Assembly: GCA_964345445.1 (NCBI GenBank)
Contig: CAYFQT010000024.1
Coordinates: 4,634 to 68,633, forward strand
Direction of reading: 5' to 3'
Length of the DNA: 64,000 bases
Source: an uncultured Candidatus Saccharibacteria bacterium
GTDB lineage: Bacteria > Patescibacteriota > CPR2_A > CAYFQT01
Shown: one piece after another, positions 54,176 to 63,803 of the stretch
Position numbering within the stretch: the stretch's first letter is position 1
Layout: the number at the start of each line of letters is the position of its first letter
The notes under the pieces: generated by a model
Told to the model about the DNA's origin: nothing
The model's database searches: none
What the model saw: only the letters and a program-made list of their open reading frames with translations
Made by a program: the position numbers and the translations under genes

Positions 54176-56737
54176 ATGGGAATTTTAGGTAAAATAATGG
54201 GAGATCCTAATAAGAAAGTTTTGGATAGGCTACAGCCACAAGTTGATAAGATAAATGAACTAGAGCCAGAATTTGAAAGACTGAAAGATGGGGATCTTCG
54301 TAAGAAAACTGATGAATTTAAAAAACGCCTTAAGGAAGGTGAAACATTAGATGATTTATTATCGGAAGCATTTGCAGCAGTAAGAGAAGCATCTAAAAGA
54401 ACCATTGGCCAGCGTCATTTTGATGTACAGCTTTTGGGAGGAATTGTTTTACACAAAGGAATGATTGCCGAAATGAAAACTGGTGAAGGAAAAACATTGG
54501 CCGCTACCTTACCTTTATATTTAAATGCTTTAAGTGGCTGTGGCACTCATGTTGTTACTGTCAATGATTATTTAGCCAAGCGAGATACCCAATGGATGGG
54601 TCCTATTTATAATCTGTTAGGTTTATCTTGTGGCTGTATTCAGCATGAAAAAGCCTATTTATTTGAAGATCGGGGGGAGAAAGGATTGGAAGGAGAAAAC
54701 AATTTAGTGCCAGTAGAAAGGAAAGAGGCTTATAATGCCGATATTACTTACGGCACTAATAATGAATATGGCTTTGATTATCTAAGAGATAATATGGTAT
54801 CAGATATTTCCCAATGTTCACAAAGAGAACTTTTCTATGCCATTGTTGATGAAATAGACAGTATTTTAATTGATGAAGCGCGAACTCCCCTTATAATTTC
54901 TGCTCCTGCTGAGGAGTCAACGGAAAAATATTATCAATTTGCTCGGCTTGTTCCTAGACTTATAGAAAATATAGATTACAATATTGATGAAAAAATGAAA
55001 GCAACAACTTTAACTGATTCAGGAATTTCTAAAATGGAACAATGGTTAGGTGTAAAAAATATTTATACAGAGAGAGGGATAGAAGATGTGCATCATATTG
55101 AGCAAGCATTAAAAGCGCATACTTTATTTAAAAAAGATCGGGATTATGTCGTTCGTGATGGAGAAGTGGTTATTGTTGATGAATTTACTGGAAGATTAAT
55201 GTTTGGACGGAGATATTCAGAGGGCTTACATCAAGCCATTGAAGCGAAAGAGAAAGTGGAAATTAAAAAAGAAAGTAGAACCCTAGCTACAATTACTTTT
55301 CAGAATTATTTTAGAATTTATAAAAAACTTGCCGGAATGACTGGTACAGCAGCAACAGAAGCCGAAGAATTTCATAAAATTTATAATTTGGATGTGGTAA
55401 TTGTTCCCACTAATAAACCAATGATCCGTGATGATTTTCAAGATAAGATTTATAAAACAGAAGAAGCTAAGTTTAAAGCAGTAGTTGAAGATATTATCAC
55501 CCATCACGGACAAGGTCAGCCAGTTTTGGTGGGAACAGTATCTATTGAAAAAAATGAACTTTTAGGAGATATGCTTAGGCGAAGAGGAATTCCTTATGAA
55601 ATTTTAAATGCCAAAAATCATGAAAATGAAGCAAAAATTATTGCCCAGGCTGGAAAGGTAGGGTCAGTTACTGTGGCTACTAATATGGCTGGACGAGGTG
55701 TAGATATTATGTTGGGAGGTAATCCTCCAGATCAAAAAGAGCATGAAAAAGTTATCTCCCAAAGCGGTTTATATGTAATTGGCACAGAAAGACACGAAGC
55801 TCGGAGGATTGATAATCAACTGCGAGGTCGTTCAGGACGTCAAGGAGATCCCGGCTCTTCTTGTTTTTATGTATCTTTGGAAGATGACCTGATGCGACTT
55901 TTTGGTTCAGAAAAGGTTGCTTCCATTATGGAGCGCCTTAGATTTCCAGAAGACCAGCCTATTGAACATTCTATAATAACTCGTTCCTTAGAATCTGCTC
56001 AAAAGAAAGTGGAAGGACATAATTTTGATATTAGAAAACATCTTTTAGAATATGATGATGTAATGAATAAACATAGGGAAGTAGTTTATAAAAAAAGAAG
56101 AGAAATTTTAAAATCAAAAAATTTAAAATCAGAAGTTCAAGAGATGATAGAAAGTGAAATTAACGAATCAGTTTCTATTCATTTTTCAGAAAATAGAAAA
56201 GAAATTTATGAAATTTTAAACACTATTTTTTCTTTATCGGATGAGGCAAAAGAAAAAGTAGAAAAAGCACGAGAACAAGAAGAATTAATTAAATATTTAA
56301 AAGACCAGGCACAAAAATCATATGATGAAAAGGAAAAAGAATTAGGAGAAGAAACAATGAGATTTTTAGAAAAAGCACTAATGTTGCGCAGTATTGATAC
56401 TTTATGGATAGAACACTTGGAGATTACAGATGCTTTACGAGAAGGGATTTCACTCCGGGCATATGGTCAAAAAGATCCTTTGGTGGAATTTAAAAAAGAA
56501 GGCCACCTGATGTTTCAGAAACTTCTTGCTAATATTCAAAACAATGTTGTTTACTCTATTTATAAAGTAAATGTTATAAAAAAACCTTCTCTAATGGAAA
56601 GCCAGCAGATTCGTGAAAGTCGAGGAGGAGAGGGGGGAAGAAGACAGGAGGTAAAAAGAGAGGGTGAAAAAGTAGGCCGTAATGACCCCTGCCCTTGTGG
56701 AAGTGGAAAGAAATATAAAAAATGCTGTGGAAAATAA
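54176..56737 (+). CDS. secA: Preprotein translocase ATPase SecA
   Basis: MKTGEGKTL is Walker A. The DEAD-like motor, preprotein cross-linking domain and HSD/HWD domains are present. C-terminal zinc finger [14 protein letters not shown]. Confidence 0.95.
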   Translation: MGILGKIMGDPNKKVLDRLQPQVDKINELEPEFERLKDGDLRKKTDEFKKRLKEGETLDDLLSEAFAAVREASKRTIGQRHFDVQLLGGIVLHKGMIAEMKTGEGKTLAATLPLYLNALSGCGTHVVTVNDYLAKRDTQWMGPIYNLLGLSCGCIQHEKAYLFEDRGEKGLEGENNLVPVERKEAYNADITYGTNNEYGFDYLRDNMVSDISQCSQRELFYAIVDEIDSILIDEARTPLIISAPAEESTEKYYQFARLVPRLIENIDYNIDEKMKATTLTDSGISKMEQWLGVKNIYTERGIEDVHHIEQALKAHTLFKKDRDYVVRDGEVVIVDEFTGRLMFGRRYSEGLHQAIEAKEKVEIKKESRTLATITFQNYFRIYKKLAGMTGTAATEAEEFHKIYNLDVVIVPTNKPMIRDDFQDKIYKTEEAKFKAVVEDIITHHGQGQPVLVGTVSIEKNELLGDMLRRRGIPYEILNAKNHENEAKIIAQAGKVGSVTVATNMAGRGVDIMLGGNPPDQKEHEKVISQSGLYVIGTERHEARRIDNQLRGRSGRQGDPGSSCFYVSLEDDLMRLFGSEKVASIMERLRFPEDQPIEHSIITRSLESAQKKVEGHNFDIRKHLLEYDDVMNKHREVVYKKRREILKSKNLKSEVQEMIESEINESVSIHFSENRKEIYEILNTIFSLSDEAKEKVEKAREQEELIKYLKDQAQKSYDEKEKELGEETMRFLEKALMLRSIDTLWIEHLEITDALREGISLRAYGQKDPLVEFKKEGHLMFQKLLANIQNNVVYSIYKVNVIKKPSLMESQQIRESRGGEGGRRQEVKREGEKVGRNDPCPCGSGKKYKKCCGK

Positions 56738-56791
56738 TCTAATCTAGAAATATAAAATATAAATAGAGAATATTATTATTAATAATAAATA

Positions 56792-56831
56792 ATATATAAA
56801 TATACCGCGACCGCGATAGAAATATATATTT
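56792..56831 (+). repeat. 40-bp direct repeat, copy A (atatataaatataccgcgaccgcgatagaaatatatattt)
   Basis: Identical to 57464-57503. GC core ccgcgaccgcg sits in pure AT context. Lies 40 bp upstream of the PaaX-like gene. Confidence 0.85.
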
Positions 56832-56870
56832 ATATAAAAAGTATAAAAGTATAAAAAAATAGGAGTTATT

Positions 56871-57425
56871 ATGAAACTTACTCTTACTGAAAAATTATTA
56901 ATTGTTCTAAATGAAATTTTTGAAGATATAGATGATGTAGTCACCACGCATACCTGGAATGATTATTTTAAAAAAATATACAATAAGACACCTGTTAGAG
57001 AAAGAGTAAGATCAACAATTCAATATTTGGAAAAAAAGAAATATGTTGAGGTATATAAGGGAGAAAAAGGAAAATTATATAAGATTACTCCATATGGTAG
57101 AAATAAAATTCGTAGTTATATATTTTCTGAAGAAAACTGGGACAAAAAATGGAGGATTGTTATATTTGATATTCCGGAAGACAAGAAGAATGATAGGGAT
57201 TATTTTAGATATAAATTAAAAGAATTAGGATTTAAAAAATTACAAAAGAGCGTCTGGGTTTGTCCTTTTGATATAATAGATGAAACAAAAGAATTAGTAA
57301 ATAAACTTAGAGTAAAATCATATGTAAAATGTATATTGGCAGACTATATTGATGATCAAGAAAAATTTCTATCTAAATTTATAGTTGATAATAAATCATT
57401 AACAGTAAAGAATAAAAAATATTAA
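56871..57425 (+). CDS. PaaX-like regulator: N-terminal winged-helix plus C-terminal Cas2/VapD-fold (PaaX_C-like) domain
   Basis: N-terminal wHTH-like segment STIQYLEKKKYVEVYKGEKGKLYKITPYG. C-terminal WRIVIFDIPEDKKNDRDYFRYKLKELGFKKLQKSVWVCP matches the Cas2/PaaX_C beta-alpha-beta pattern. The gene is bracketed by identical 40-bp direct repeats. Confidence 0.6.
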   Translation: MKLTLTEKLLIVLNEIFEDIDDVVTTHTWNDYFKKIYNKTPVRERVRSTIQYLEKKKYVEVYKGEKGKLYKITPYGRNKIRSYIFSEENWDKKWRIVIFDIPEDKKNDRDYFRYKLKELGFKKLQKSVWVCPFDIIDETKELVNKLRVKSYVKCILADYIDDQEKFLSKFIVDNKSLTVKNKKY

Positions 57426-57463
57426 AAATTTTAAGAATATTATTAATATATAAAATATATAAA

Positions 57464-57503
57464 ATATATAAATATACCGCGACCGCGATAGAAATATATA
57501 TTT
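57464..57503 (+). repeat. 40-bp direct repeat, copy B
   Basis: Identical to copy A. Lies 39 bp downstream of the PaaX-like gene stop. Confidence 0.85.
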
Positions 57504-57696
57504 GAAATTTTTGAATTTACAACCAATTTTAGTTTTTTAAATTTATAAAGAATTTTTCTAAGATTTTTATCTGTTTGATAAAAATCTTTTTTTATATTTG
57601 AATAGGTTTTTTAAATTATATAACTTTTATATTAATTTTGGATAAGGGCTTGAAAACCCTTATAAATAGGCAAAAAAAAGTTTTTTAAAAAAACTC

Positions 57697-57725
57697 TTGA
57701 CAAGTGAAGAATAATTTGTTACAAT
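57697..57725 (+). promoter_or_regulatory. Consensus sigma70-type promoter (TTGACA-17-TACAAT) with extended AACTCTTGACA box
   Basis: aaaactcTTGACAagtgaagaataatttgtTACAATact, preceded by an A/T tract. Confidence 0.55.
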
Positions 57726-57731
57726 ACTATC

Positions 57732-58139
57732 TTCTAAATTAAAAATAAAATAATACAAAAACCCTTCTATGTTTCTGCGGACAAGAAAGCTTTGGAGGAC
57801 AGTCCCTAAACCAAAAATCAATTCAGGGCAAGCAGAAACAAAAAACAAAAACCAACAAAATACAGTTTTGAGTTTGAGTATTTAGTCTGAGTTTATTTAT
57901 ACTCATAGTTCCAACTCTAAGCTCAAAACTACACCGTTGGTTTTTTAATTTGCACATTAAATTTTTTATCTTGTTTTTATCTTATCTCGATCTTTATCGA
58001 GATGACGTGGGGGCGTTGAACTATGATCTGTAATTGGTCACTTGGATTATAGGGAGCCAGTAGTGAAACCGGCCACAAATTAGCTTTTAGCACTTAGCAC
58101 ATAGTGCTTAGCTAAAAGATATAAAGGCCGGTTTTTTTA
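57732..58139 (+). ncRNA. Candidate small/medium non-coding RNA transcribed from the 57697 promoter and ending at the 58068-58139 terminator
   Basis: No ORF. 5' stem gtttctgc...gcagaaac encloses ggac...gtcc. Hairpin atctcgatctttatcgagat. Terminal hairpin aaaccggcc...agcttttagcacttagcac atag tgcttagctaaaag...ggccggttttttt. Confidence 0.3.
58068..58139 (+). terminator. Long compound terminator hairpin
   Basis: aaccggcc ... ggccggtt plus a U7 run, with the inner perfect stem agcttttagcacttagcac / gtgcttagctaaaag. Confidence 0.5.
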
Positions 58140-58378
58140 TAACACGGATTAACGCGGATTGGTTACGGATAGACACGGATATTATATAGTGTGTAGAATT
58201 CTGCGTAGGTAATTTAGTCTGTCTACCGTCCTTGGCAGACTACAAATTTACCTATGCAGATTCCTATTCATTATATTAGTTCTTTGATATTTTAAAAATA
58301 AATATAAGGTAATCCTCGGGGGAACTTGAGGGCGAAAACTTGATTATAAAATATTGTAGTCAAATTTTCGTCCTTAAA

Positions 58379-58404
58379 GGGCCCCGCGAGGGGCCCTTTA
58401 TTTG
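58379..58404 (+). terminator. Rho-independent terminator (GC-clamp hairpin)
   Basis: gggcccc gcga ggggccc followed by tttattt. Confidence 0.55.
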
Positions 58405-58664
58405 GATTTTGTTGTTAAGGACGAAAAGGACGAAAATATCAAAAGATGAAAACTTTTTACCCTGATGCTCTCCAACTCTGGAGGAGCATTCTGGCCCAGA
58501 AGGGAAAAGTGGAAATCTTTTGTTAAGTTTTACTGTTTGGCTTCCGTATTTAATTTACGGAAATTTGATCCAGAGTCGAAATAGATGTTTTTGGTTCGAT
58601 GGTACAGTCCATCGAACTGTAGATCTAGTCGAAATTTCTGATTTAAAAGGAAGGAGTGAAGAAC

Positions 58665-60035
58665 ATGTCTATAAAAGACAGATTGTCGAGTTTTTGGGGC
58701 TGGCTGAGAAGATTGCGCCGTGAGACGCGAAGCCAGCTTAAGCTCTGTTGGATTCCGTTTACAGCAGTTGTAGTAATGTTAGCAGTAATAGCTAGTACAA
58801 ATTATTATGCTATAGCGTCAGTTAGACAAACACCAGCTGAAGCAAAAGAAATTTTAAAAGACATCAAGACAGAACGAAAAACATTCAAGCAAGATATGCG
58901 TAGGGAACGAGAAGCCTTTTTTGAAGAGTTTAAGAAGGCACGAGAGGAGCAAGGAGCTAAAACTGAGGTAGTTGAAACAACTGAAGCAAAAGCAACCCAG
59001 GCAGCGGCAGTTCAGGTGACTGAGGAGTATCCATTAATGATGAGTGGAATCCCCTGTGAAATGACAGCAAAGAACATTAAGAAATTAGTGGCGGCACAAC
59101 CTGTGGCGATCCAGCAGGCTTACAATGATCGGGCACAGAGCCTGGGATATTCTGACTTTCAGAGTATTCCTAAAGGTGATATGAGTTTTGAAACCCTTCA
59201 GTATGGAGGGATGTATAAAAACTCATATTACAAAGGTGGGGTAGTGCGCTTCGTCCGGATGTATATTGCATCTGGTACCCCTGTTCTAGTAGTAGAGGGT
59301 AATGTTTTCGCCAAGACTAATTGCGGAAACATTTTGTACCCAGCACCAGCTCCAAAACCAGCCCCGAGTCGGAGAGTTGTGCACAGAGTAGAGCGGGTGG
59401 AAGTCAAGGAATATGAGACAGTCATTATTCGTATTTTTGAGAAAGAAGAATATATAGAGAAGATTGTCAAAGTTCCTTGTGAAAAGCCTGTTGTAGAACA
59501 AAAACCTTGCCAGGTTCCACCACAGTTTCCACCAACTCAGGAACAGAAGGATTTCGAGCAAGAGCAAAAAGATAAAGAGCCTACAAAGAAGCCTTGTCCT
59601 CCTAAGGAACCAAAACCAAAAGAGCCGCAAGAACCTCAAGAACCTCAGGAGCCACAAGAACCAGACCAAAAGCAAGAGCCTGATCAGAAACAAGAACCTG
59701 ATCAGAAACAAGAACCAGACCAAAAGCAAAAGCCAACAGTAACGCAGAATCAAACTGAAGTTCAGCAGGATCAGAAGCAGGATACAAAACAGGAAGAACA
59801 GCAAGTACAGGAACAAAAAGAACAGCCGACAAAACAAGAATCAACAGTAAAACAGCAAGAAGAAACAAAACAGGAGCAGCAGCAATCACCAAAGCAAGAA
59901 ACTCAGCAACAACAGACCCAGACTCAGCAAAAGCAAACTCAACAACAGAACCAGCAACAACAGAACAATCAGCAGAATCAACAGCAAAATCCAGTACAAC
60001 AAAACTCGGTACAGCAAGCACCAAACACAAGTTAA
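58665..60035 (+). CDS. Hypothetical signal-anchored secreted protein with globular central domain and long P/E/Q/K-rich low-complexity C-terminus
   Basis: TM at WIPFTAVVVMLAVIAS. Repeats PKEPQEPQEPQEPQEPDQKQEPDQKQ then a poly-Gln tail. Region GC is higher than the genome background. ATG 58665 follows RBS aaggag. Confidence 0.5.
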   Translation: MSIKDRLSSFWGWLRRLRRETRSQLKLCWIPFTAVVVMLAVIASTNYYAIASVRQTPAEAKEILKDIKTERKTFKQDMRREREAFFEEFKKAREEQGAKTEVVETTEAKATQAAAVQVTEEYPLMMSGIPCEMTAKNIKKLVAAQPVAIQQAYNDRAQSLGYSDFQSIPKGDMSFETLQYGGMYKNSYYKGGVVRFVRMYIASGTPVLVVEGNVFAKTNCGNILYPAPAPKPAPSRRVVHRVERVEVKEYETVIIRIFEKEEYIEKIVKVPCEKPVVEQKPCQVPPQFPPTQEQKDFEQEQKDKEPTKKPCPPKEPKPKEPQEPQEPQEPQEPDQKQEPDQKQEPDQKQEPDQKQKPTVTQNQTEVQQDQKQDTKQEEQQVQEQKEQPTKQESTVKQQEETKQEQQQSPKQETQQQQTQTQQKQTQQQNQQQQNNQQNQQQNPVQQNSVQQAPNTS

Positions 60036-60235
60036 TTAATTAGCTTCTAGCTTCTCTTGATTATTCCATTGGCCAGAGTGGAGAAAAATAGTTAGGAAGT
60101 GAGTTAGATGCTCAAAAAGTACGACCTTTTTAGCGCTAAGAAGGGGCGAAAAAAGTATTATTGAATAAATTTATTATTCAATCTTTTTCGCCCCTAGACT
60201 AAATCACATTTTTTGGAATTAATTACAAAATTATT

Positions 60236-60362
60236 AAAAGTGGTATAATGAAATTGTTAGACGGTTACGGGTTAGGAAGTGCGTATCGTCAAACGGTTAT
60301 GTTAGACGTTAAATTTTAAACAATACGGGTTTCGTAACCATAACCTTAACCATAAATAATTT
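60236..60362 (+). repeat. Family-6 element (cggttacgggttagg / cggttatgttagacg mirrored by cgtaacc / taacc)
   Basis: gacggttacgggttaggaagtgcgtatcgtcaaacggttatgttagacgtt...gggtttcgtaaccataaccttaaccataaataatttATGgagg. Confidence 0.65.
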
Positions 60363-60374
60363 ATGGAGGTGAAC

Positions 60375-62123
60375 ATGAATAGAAAATTTACAAAACTAAA
60401 TAAATTATCTCAGAAGGCAATTATACTTTTGTTAATTGTCAGTTTAGTTATGCCTGCTGGTTTAACTTGGGCAGGGAAAGTTGTTTATGCAGCGACCGGA
60501 ACTTCTAAAGTTACTTTGTCAGCCAATCCTCAGATAATCACAGCCGGTCAAGCATCTACCTTATCAGGACAACTTTCTCCCTATCATTCCGGGGTATATA
60601 TTTATCTATATTATTGGAATGGTTCAAATTGGGTTTTAGTTGAGAAGAAAAAAACTGATAGTTATTCTAAATTTTCATTTCAAGTAAAACCTACAAAAGA
60701 TACTTATTACACAGCCCTATGGGCTGGAGATACAGATCATAATTGGTCATATTCTGAATATATAAAAGTTAAGGTGCAGCAGGAAACCAGAGAGTCTCAA
60801 ATTACTTTATCAGCCAATCCAGATGTTGTTGCCCCAGGCGAATATTCAGTTTTATCCGGAACACTGTCTCCTTCACATAATAATATTTCTGTTTATCTAT
60901 ATTATTGGGATGGTTCTGATTGGAAATATTTAACTCAGACTAAGACTAATCTTAATTCCAAATTTTCCTTCACTGTAAAGCCTACTCAAGATACTTACTA
61001 TACAGCTTTATGGGTAGGTGATTCTGACCATAATTGGTCCTATTCTGAATATATCCAAGTTAAAATTCAACAGGAAACTTCAGAGTCTCAAATTACTTTA
61101 TCTGCTAATCCTCAAACTGTTCAACCTGGGCAACAGACAACTTTATCTGGAGAGATTTCCCCATCACATCCTAATGTACAAGTCTATTTATATTATTGGA
61201 ATGGAGAAGATTGGGTTTATATACAAAATACAAAAACTAACAGCCAATCTAAATTTTCTTTCACAGCCGAACCTCAAAATAATACTTATTATTGTGCCTT
61301 ATGGTCTGGGGATTCAAGTCACTCATGGGCTTACTCAGAATTTGTCTATGTAACTGTTGAGGAAGATGGGGGAGGAACATCTTATGTTCCTTGGTCAGGA
61401 TGGTGGTGGCCATATTTAGATACAATTAACCCTAATCTTTATGATTCAGGCGGTCCTTTGGATAAATATGATAAATATGTAGGAAATACCCGAGGATATA
61501 ATCCTTCAAGTCGCAGTTGGGAATATGGCAATCACTATACTTTAAATCCTTCAGCCACCTGGTGGGGACATTGCCATGCGCTGGCTGCTGCATCTATCTT
61601 GGAGCCTGAACCTAGAACAAATCGTAATAAAGGAGGGATTTCCTTCCAAGTTGCCGATCAAAAAGGAATGATAACAGAATTATATTATAGTCCTCAATCC
61701 TTGATGTGGGGAGATAGATATGGTGATGGAAGAGGTTCAGAAGATTTTTCTGATATTGCTCCAGGTGCTTTCCATAGCCTTTTGTTAAATTATATTAAAA
61801 GCCAGAAGAAGTCCTTGGTTTTCGATACCAATGCTGGATATCAAGTATGGAATTTCCCTGCTTATAAATATAGTATGACATCTCAAGAAGAAGGTGGTCG
61901 CACATATTATACAACAACTGTTTGGTTTGCAAATTACACAAGCCCTAATTCTGTAGGAACTAGTTCATTTACCAAGACATACACTTATTGGATTTCCGGC
62001 AATCAAAGCGGCTGGACAGGGTCAAGTATAAATGATCATCCAGATTTTGTATGGTTGCCTACTGGTAGATATCAGCAAGGGAATCCAATAAATTACAATA
62101 TTGTTAAAGAAATATTAAATTAA
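60375..62123 (+). CDS. Secreted protein: signal peptide, three tandem ~97-aa Ig-like repeats, C-terminal transglutaminase/papain-like Cys-core domain
   Basis: Signal peptide KAIILLLIVSLVMPAGLTWA. Three repeats of ...TLSANP...TLSG.LSP.H..V.IYLYYWNG.DW...TKT...SKFSF...P..DTYY.ALW.GDS.H.W.YSE... The C-terminal domain contains WWGHCHALAAAS, a G-x-C-x-x-L-A transglutaminase-like catalytic Cys context. Confidence 0.55.
   Translation: MNRKFTKLNKLSQKAIILLLIVSLVMPAGLTWAGKVVYAATGTSKVTLSANPQIITAGQASTLSGQLSPYHSGVYIYLYYWNGSNWVLVEKKKTDSYSKFSFQVKPTKDTYYTALWAGDTDHNWSYSEYIKVKVQQETRESQITLSANPDVVAPGEYSVLSGTLSPSHNNISVYLYYWDGSDWKYLTQTKTNLNSKFSFTVKPTQDTYYTALWVGDSDHNWSYSEYIQVKIQQETSESQITLSANPQTVQPGQQTTLSGEISPSHPNVQVYLYYWNGEDWVYIQNTKTNSQSKFSFTAEPQNNTYYCALWSGDSSHSWAYSEFVYVTVEEDGGGTSYVPWSGWWWPYLDTINPNLYDSGGPLDKYDKYVGNTRGYNPSSRSWEYGNHYTLNPSATWWGHCHALAAASILEPEPRTNRNKGGISFQVADQKGMITELYYSPQSLMWGDRYGDGRGSEDFSDIAPGAFHSLLLNYIKSQKKSLVFDTNAGYQVWNFPAYKYSMTSQEEGGRTYYTTTVWFANYTSPNSVGTSSFTKTYTYWISGNQSGWTGSSINDHPDFVWLPTGRYQQGNPINYNIVKEILN
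60507..61375 (+). repeat. Three tandem ~291-bp repeats inside the CDS, encoding Ig-like modules
   Basis: DNA and protein self-similarity: ...actttatcagccaatcc... x3 and ...tattattgg(a/g)atgg... x3. Confidence 0.75.
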
Positions 62124-62139
62124 AAGGACGGTACAAAAT

Positions 62140-62817
62140 ATGAAGAGGAAATTAACAATTGCGATAGTTATTATAATTTGGATAGCAGTGGGTTTTGTTG
62201 GGTTGAAAATAAAATGGTCAAAGAATGAAGAGAAGGAACCCACAAAGAATGACTCTCAGGTAGAAAAACAAGAGCGACAGGAAGGATCAGAAAATCTTTT
62301 GGGCTGGGAAAAAGGAGACTGGTGGGAAGTTCAAACAAGTCAGTATTCTGCTTGGATAGCTCAGCCGGAATGGATGCCTGGCCCCAAATTGAAATTTGAA
62401 GTAGAAAATATAAAAGAAGATGAAGGACAAAAAAAGGCAGAAATTCTTGTAACTTATTCGGATAAAGAAAATCAGCCAGAATTGACACGCGAAGATTTTA
62501 CAAAAGTAATTTATAATTTAGAAAATTTTCAGATTTTAGAAATCCAAGCCCGAGTTTACGGAGAAGATTCAAATTTTGAAAATTCTAATATGCAGTTTGC
62601 TCCTTATTATTCTTTGTGCCGACTGCCTGAAAAACCTCACCAAGAAGGAAATGATACTATATTTAAACTTACAGAGGGAAAATTAAAAGATCAATTGCTA
62701 ACTGGCAGAAAAATTTCTATAGATAGCAGTTTTCAGATTTGGCATGAGAATATTCCTTGGTGGGCATATTATGAGGATGAGAATACAAAAGGAGAAATTA
62801 TAAATTGGCAATTATAA
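62140..62817 (+). CDS. Hypothetical signal-anchored protein
   Basis: N-terminal TM LTIAIVIIIWIAVGFVGL. Acidic, Trp-rich ectodomain with no known motif. Confidence 0.45.
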   Translation: MKRKLTIAIVIIIWIAVGFVGLKIKWSKNEEKEPTKNDSQVEKQERQEGSENLLGWEKGDWWEVQTSQYSAWIAQPEWMPGPKLKFEVENIKEDEGQKKAEILVTYSDKENQPELTREDFTKVIYNLENFQILEIQARVYGEDSNFENSNMQFAPYYSLCRLPEKPHQEGNDTIFKLTEGKLKDQLLTGRKISIDSSFQIWHENIPWWAYYEDENTKGEIINWQL

Positions 62818-63005
62818 AAATATCAGTTTAATAATAAATAAAGGTCGATATTAAAAAAGAAAATAATTAATAATTTAAAAACAGTTTACCCCTGAAAATA
62901 CTTTAGTATTTTCAGAGAAAAGGAGGAAGGAACTGAAGATGCGAGTTCCGGTAAATACCGGAACGAAGGTCGGAAGTGCCTTCCGACGAGACAAGGAGGT
63001 GAATT

Positions 63006-63743
63006 ATGAAAAGATTAATTTCTATTTTAAAAACAGCAAAGATTGATGAAGCCACAAAAGAGAGATTTAAATTGGCAGAGGCAAAATTTGCTTATCGTTT
63101 AGGCAAAAGCAGGAAAATAGTTGCTGTATTAGTTGTTATTTTGTTTGTGGCTCAAATAGGAGTTGGCATTAGTCAGAGTATGGCCTCAGGCGAGGAACCT
63201 AATAAGACTCAAAAGGTAGAAGAGAAAAAACCTACTCAGCCAGAGCAACCTGACAAAAAAGGTGAACCTACTCAACCAGAAAAACCGCAAGAGCCTGAAA
63301 AACCTCAGGAACCAGAAAAACCGCAAGAGCCTGAAAAACCTCAGGAACCTGAAAAACCGCAAGAGCCTGAAAAACCTCAGGAACCAGAAAAATTAAAACC
63401 AGAATTACCCAAAATAGAAGAACCAATAATTGAAAAGAAACCTCAATTGCCTAAGATAGAAAAACCAGAAGAACCCAAGATTCCTCAGCCACCTGTACCA
63501 TCTCAAGATCAGCAGCAACAAATTCAGCAAGAACCAGAGAAACCTCAAGAACCACAGGAGCCACAAAAGCCTCAGGTTCCTTCAGAGCCAGAACCACAGG
63601 TTTTAGGTACTAAGACTCTGCCCCGAGTAGGAGCAGGTTTAAACATCTTATTAGGAATTTTTCTGGTATTAGCTAGTGGATATCTTTATTTTCGAGAGAA
63701 AATTTTATTTAAGTTAGCTTTAAAGAAGGTAAAAGTTAATTAA
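63006..63743 (+). CDS. Proline-rich surface protein with (P)EKPQEP tandem repeats and C-terminal LPxxG-type sorting-signal-like anchor
   Basis: N-terminal TM. At least 6 copies of EKPQEP encoded by an 18/36-bp DNA repeat. The C-terminus is LPRVGAG + hydrophobic stretch LNILLGIFLVLASGYLYF + basic REK, resembling a sortase substrate cell-wall sorting signal. Confidence 0.55.
   Translation: MKRLISILKTAKIDEATKERFKLAEAKFAYRLGKSRKIVAVLVVILFVAQIGVGISQSMASGEEPNKTQKVEEKKPTQPEQPDKKGEPTQPEKPQEPEKPQEPEKPQEPEKPQEPEKPQEPEKPQEPEKLKPELPKIEEPIIEKKPQLPKIEKPEEPKIPQPPVPSQDQQQQIQQEPEKPQEPQEPQKPQVPSEPEPQVLGTKTLPRVGAGLNILLGIFLVLASGYLYFREKILFKLALKKVKVN
63276..63392 (+). repeat. Tandem 36-bp (2 x 18 bp) repeat encoding (EKPQEP)n
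   Basis: ccagaaaaaccgcaagagcctgaaaaacctcaggaa repeated about 3.3 times with perfect identity. Confidence 0.8.
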
Positions 63744-63775
63744 AAAGTGGCGCCTGTCGTGTTTTAAATATATAA

Positions 63776-63803
63776 AAGAGACCCCCAAGGGTCTCTTTTG
63801 TGA
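63776..63803 (+). terminator. Rho-independent terminator after the surface-protein gene
   Basis: aaagagaccc ccaa gggtctcttt tg. Confidence 0.6.

Noticed and set aside
59228-60030. Three overlapping minus-strand ORFs (80, 183 and 142 aa) inside gene 58665-60035
   Set aside because: They are artefacts of the CAG/CAA/GAA-rich low-complexity repeat region, which is open in several frames. The plus-strand gene has an RBS, a signal anchor and a globular domain.
61018-61353. Alternative-frame 111-aa plus-strand ORF inside the 60375-62123 gene
   Set aside because: It overlaps the well-supported tandem-repeat CDS in another frame and has no RBS. Repeat periodicity keeps the frame open.
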